Shown: piece by piece, positions 35,711-36,496 of the stretch | How positions within the stretch are numbered: the first letter of the stretch is position 1 | How the letters are laid out: every line of letters begins with the position of its first letter | Source: Minisyncoccia bacterium | Lineage (GTDB): Bacteria > Patescibacteriota > Minisyncoccia > Phycocordibacterales > CSBR16-119 | Direction of reading: 5' to 3' | Length of the DNA stretch: 36,496 nt | NCBI GenBank assembly: GCA_047619465.1 | Contig: JBLHJW010000003.1 | Location: forward strand, 1-36,496 | Position numbers and translations under genes: made by a program | Notes under the pieces: model-generated | Told to the model about the DNA's origin: nothing | Seen by the model: only the letters and a program-made list of their open reading frames with translations | Databases searched by the model: none

Positions 35711-36475
35711 ATGGATATTTTTTCAGCGATAATACTTGGAATCGTAGAAGGTATAACGGAGTTTCTTCCGATTTCTTCTACAGGGCATTTAATGGTGACA
35801 AGTAATATTTTAGGATTAGAATCAAGTTCTTTTCTTTCTAGTTTTGAGATAGGAATTCAGTCTGGAGCTATTTTTGCAATAATAATTTACTATTTTAAAA
35901 AGATATTTTCTTCTAAGAACCTTTTCTGGAAGGTTGCTTTTGGATTTATTCCGACCGGGGTTTTGGGTCTTCTTCTATACAAGATTGTAAAAACATATTT
36001 ACTTGAATCACTGGTGATTGTTGGTTGGGCGTTAATTGTTGGAGGAATTATAATATTGCTCGTTGAGAAATTCCACAAGAAAATAGATGCGGAATCTAAA
36101 GTTGAAGATATTACATACAAACAGTCTTTTCTACTTGGATTATATCAAGTGCTCGCCATGATTCCAGGAGTGTCTCGATCAGGAGCAACCATCATGGGAG
36201 GGCTTCTCTCTGGAATAGGAAGAAAGCAAATTGTTGAGTTCTCATTCCTTCTAGCGATCCCTACCATACTTGGAGCTACTGTTTTTGACCTATACAAGAC
36301 TGGTGTTGATTTTACTCAATCAGAAATATCTTTGTTTCTTTTGGGAACAGTGGTTTCTGGAATTACCGCCTGGTTTGCAATTAGATTCTTTTTGAAATTT
36401 ATCTCAAATCACTCGTTTGAGATATTTGGATGGTATAGAATAGTTGCAGGTTCTCTTATACTTTTATTTTTATAA
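35711..36475 (+). CDS. uppP: Undecaprenyl-diphosphate phosphatase
   Basis: GIVEGITEFLPISSTGHL, PGVSRSGATI, EFSFLLAIP; TATACT 6 nt before the ATG. Confidence 0.97.
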   Translation: MDIFSAIILGIVEGITEFLPISSTGHLMVTSNILGLESSSFLSSFEIGIQSGAIFAIIIYYFKKIFSSKNLFWKVAFGFIPTGVLGLLLYKIVKTYLLESLVIVGWALIVGGIIILLVEKFHKKIDAESKVEDITYKQSFLLGLYQVLAMIPGVSRSGATIMGGLLSGIGRKQIVEFSFLLAIPTILGATVFDLYKTGVDFTQSEISLFLLGTVVSGITAWFAIRFFLKFISNHSFEIFGWYRIVAGSLILLFL

Positions 36476-36496
36476 AATGTTGGCACTTCTCGTTTT

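Noticed and set aside
1035-36120. Shadow ORFs overlapping real genes (e.g. 4822-5202, 9129-9455, 12043-12423, 17637-18191, 19172-19516, 35265-35474)
   Set aside because: They are antisense or alternate-frame to well-supported genes and lack independent signals.
1-36496. CRISPR array, tRNA/rRNA genes, transposase or prophage genes
   Set aside because: No regularly spaced repeats, cloverleaf with T-loop consensus, rRNA-like tract or mobile-element protein motifs were seen.
1-36496. Alternative genetic code (TGA read-through, code 25)
   Set aside because: Conserved genes translate full-length under code 11 with no internal TGA.

Overview
This AT-rich bacterial chromosome segment uses genetic code 11. 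Its compact housekeeping gene set (rdgB, rsmI, ctpA, rplI, rpmA, gltX, murG-ftsW-mraY, a D-Ala-D-Ala carboxypeptidase, scpAB, short aspS, trpS, dnaB-recR, rsmE, truB, uppP) suggests Patescibacteria/CPR (Parcubacteria-like); that assignment is an inference. The main observation is that two gene architectures are interleaved. (A) About 14 conserved or CPR-type genes appear leaderless, with a TANNNT box, often TG-extended, only 6-9 nt before the ATG. (B) About 15 unrelated orphan genes are each a self-contained unit: TTGAC-N16/17-TANNNT promoter, an A-rich leader with no Shine-Dalgarno, one ORF and its own intrinsic terminator. Many sit back-to-back with a housekeeping promoter, and four form a tandem array. 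All four class-B proteins with a cleavable signal peptide have Gln at +1 (the Bacteroidota Q-rule), and the 1223-aa member ends in a T9SS-CTD-like tail. These would be Bacteroidota-type export signals under a non-Bacteroidota promoter. Other observations are a ~270-nt highly structured RNA candidate packaged like a class-B unit, a minimal T-box riboswitch with an Asp codon in an apical loop upstream of aspS, a leader-peptide attenuator, and a dif-like 28-bp site with degenerate half-sites. All calls were made by eye; no database search was run.
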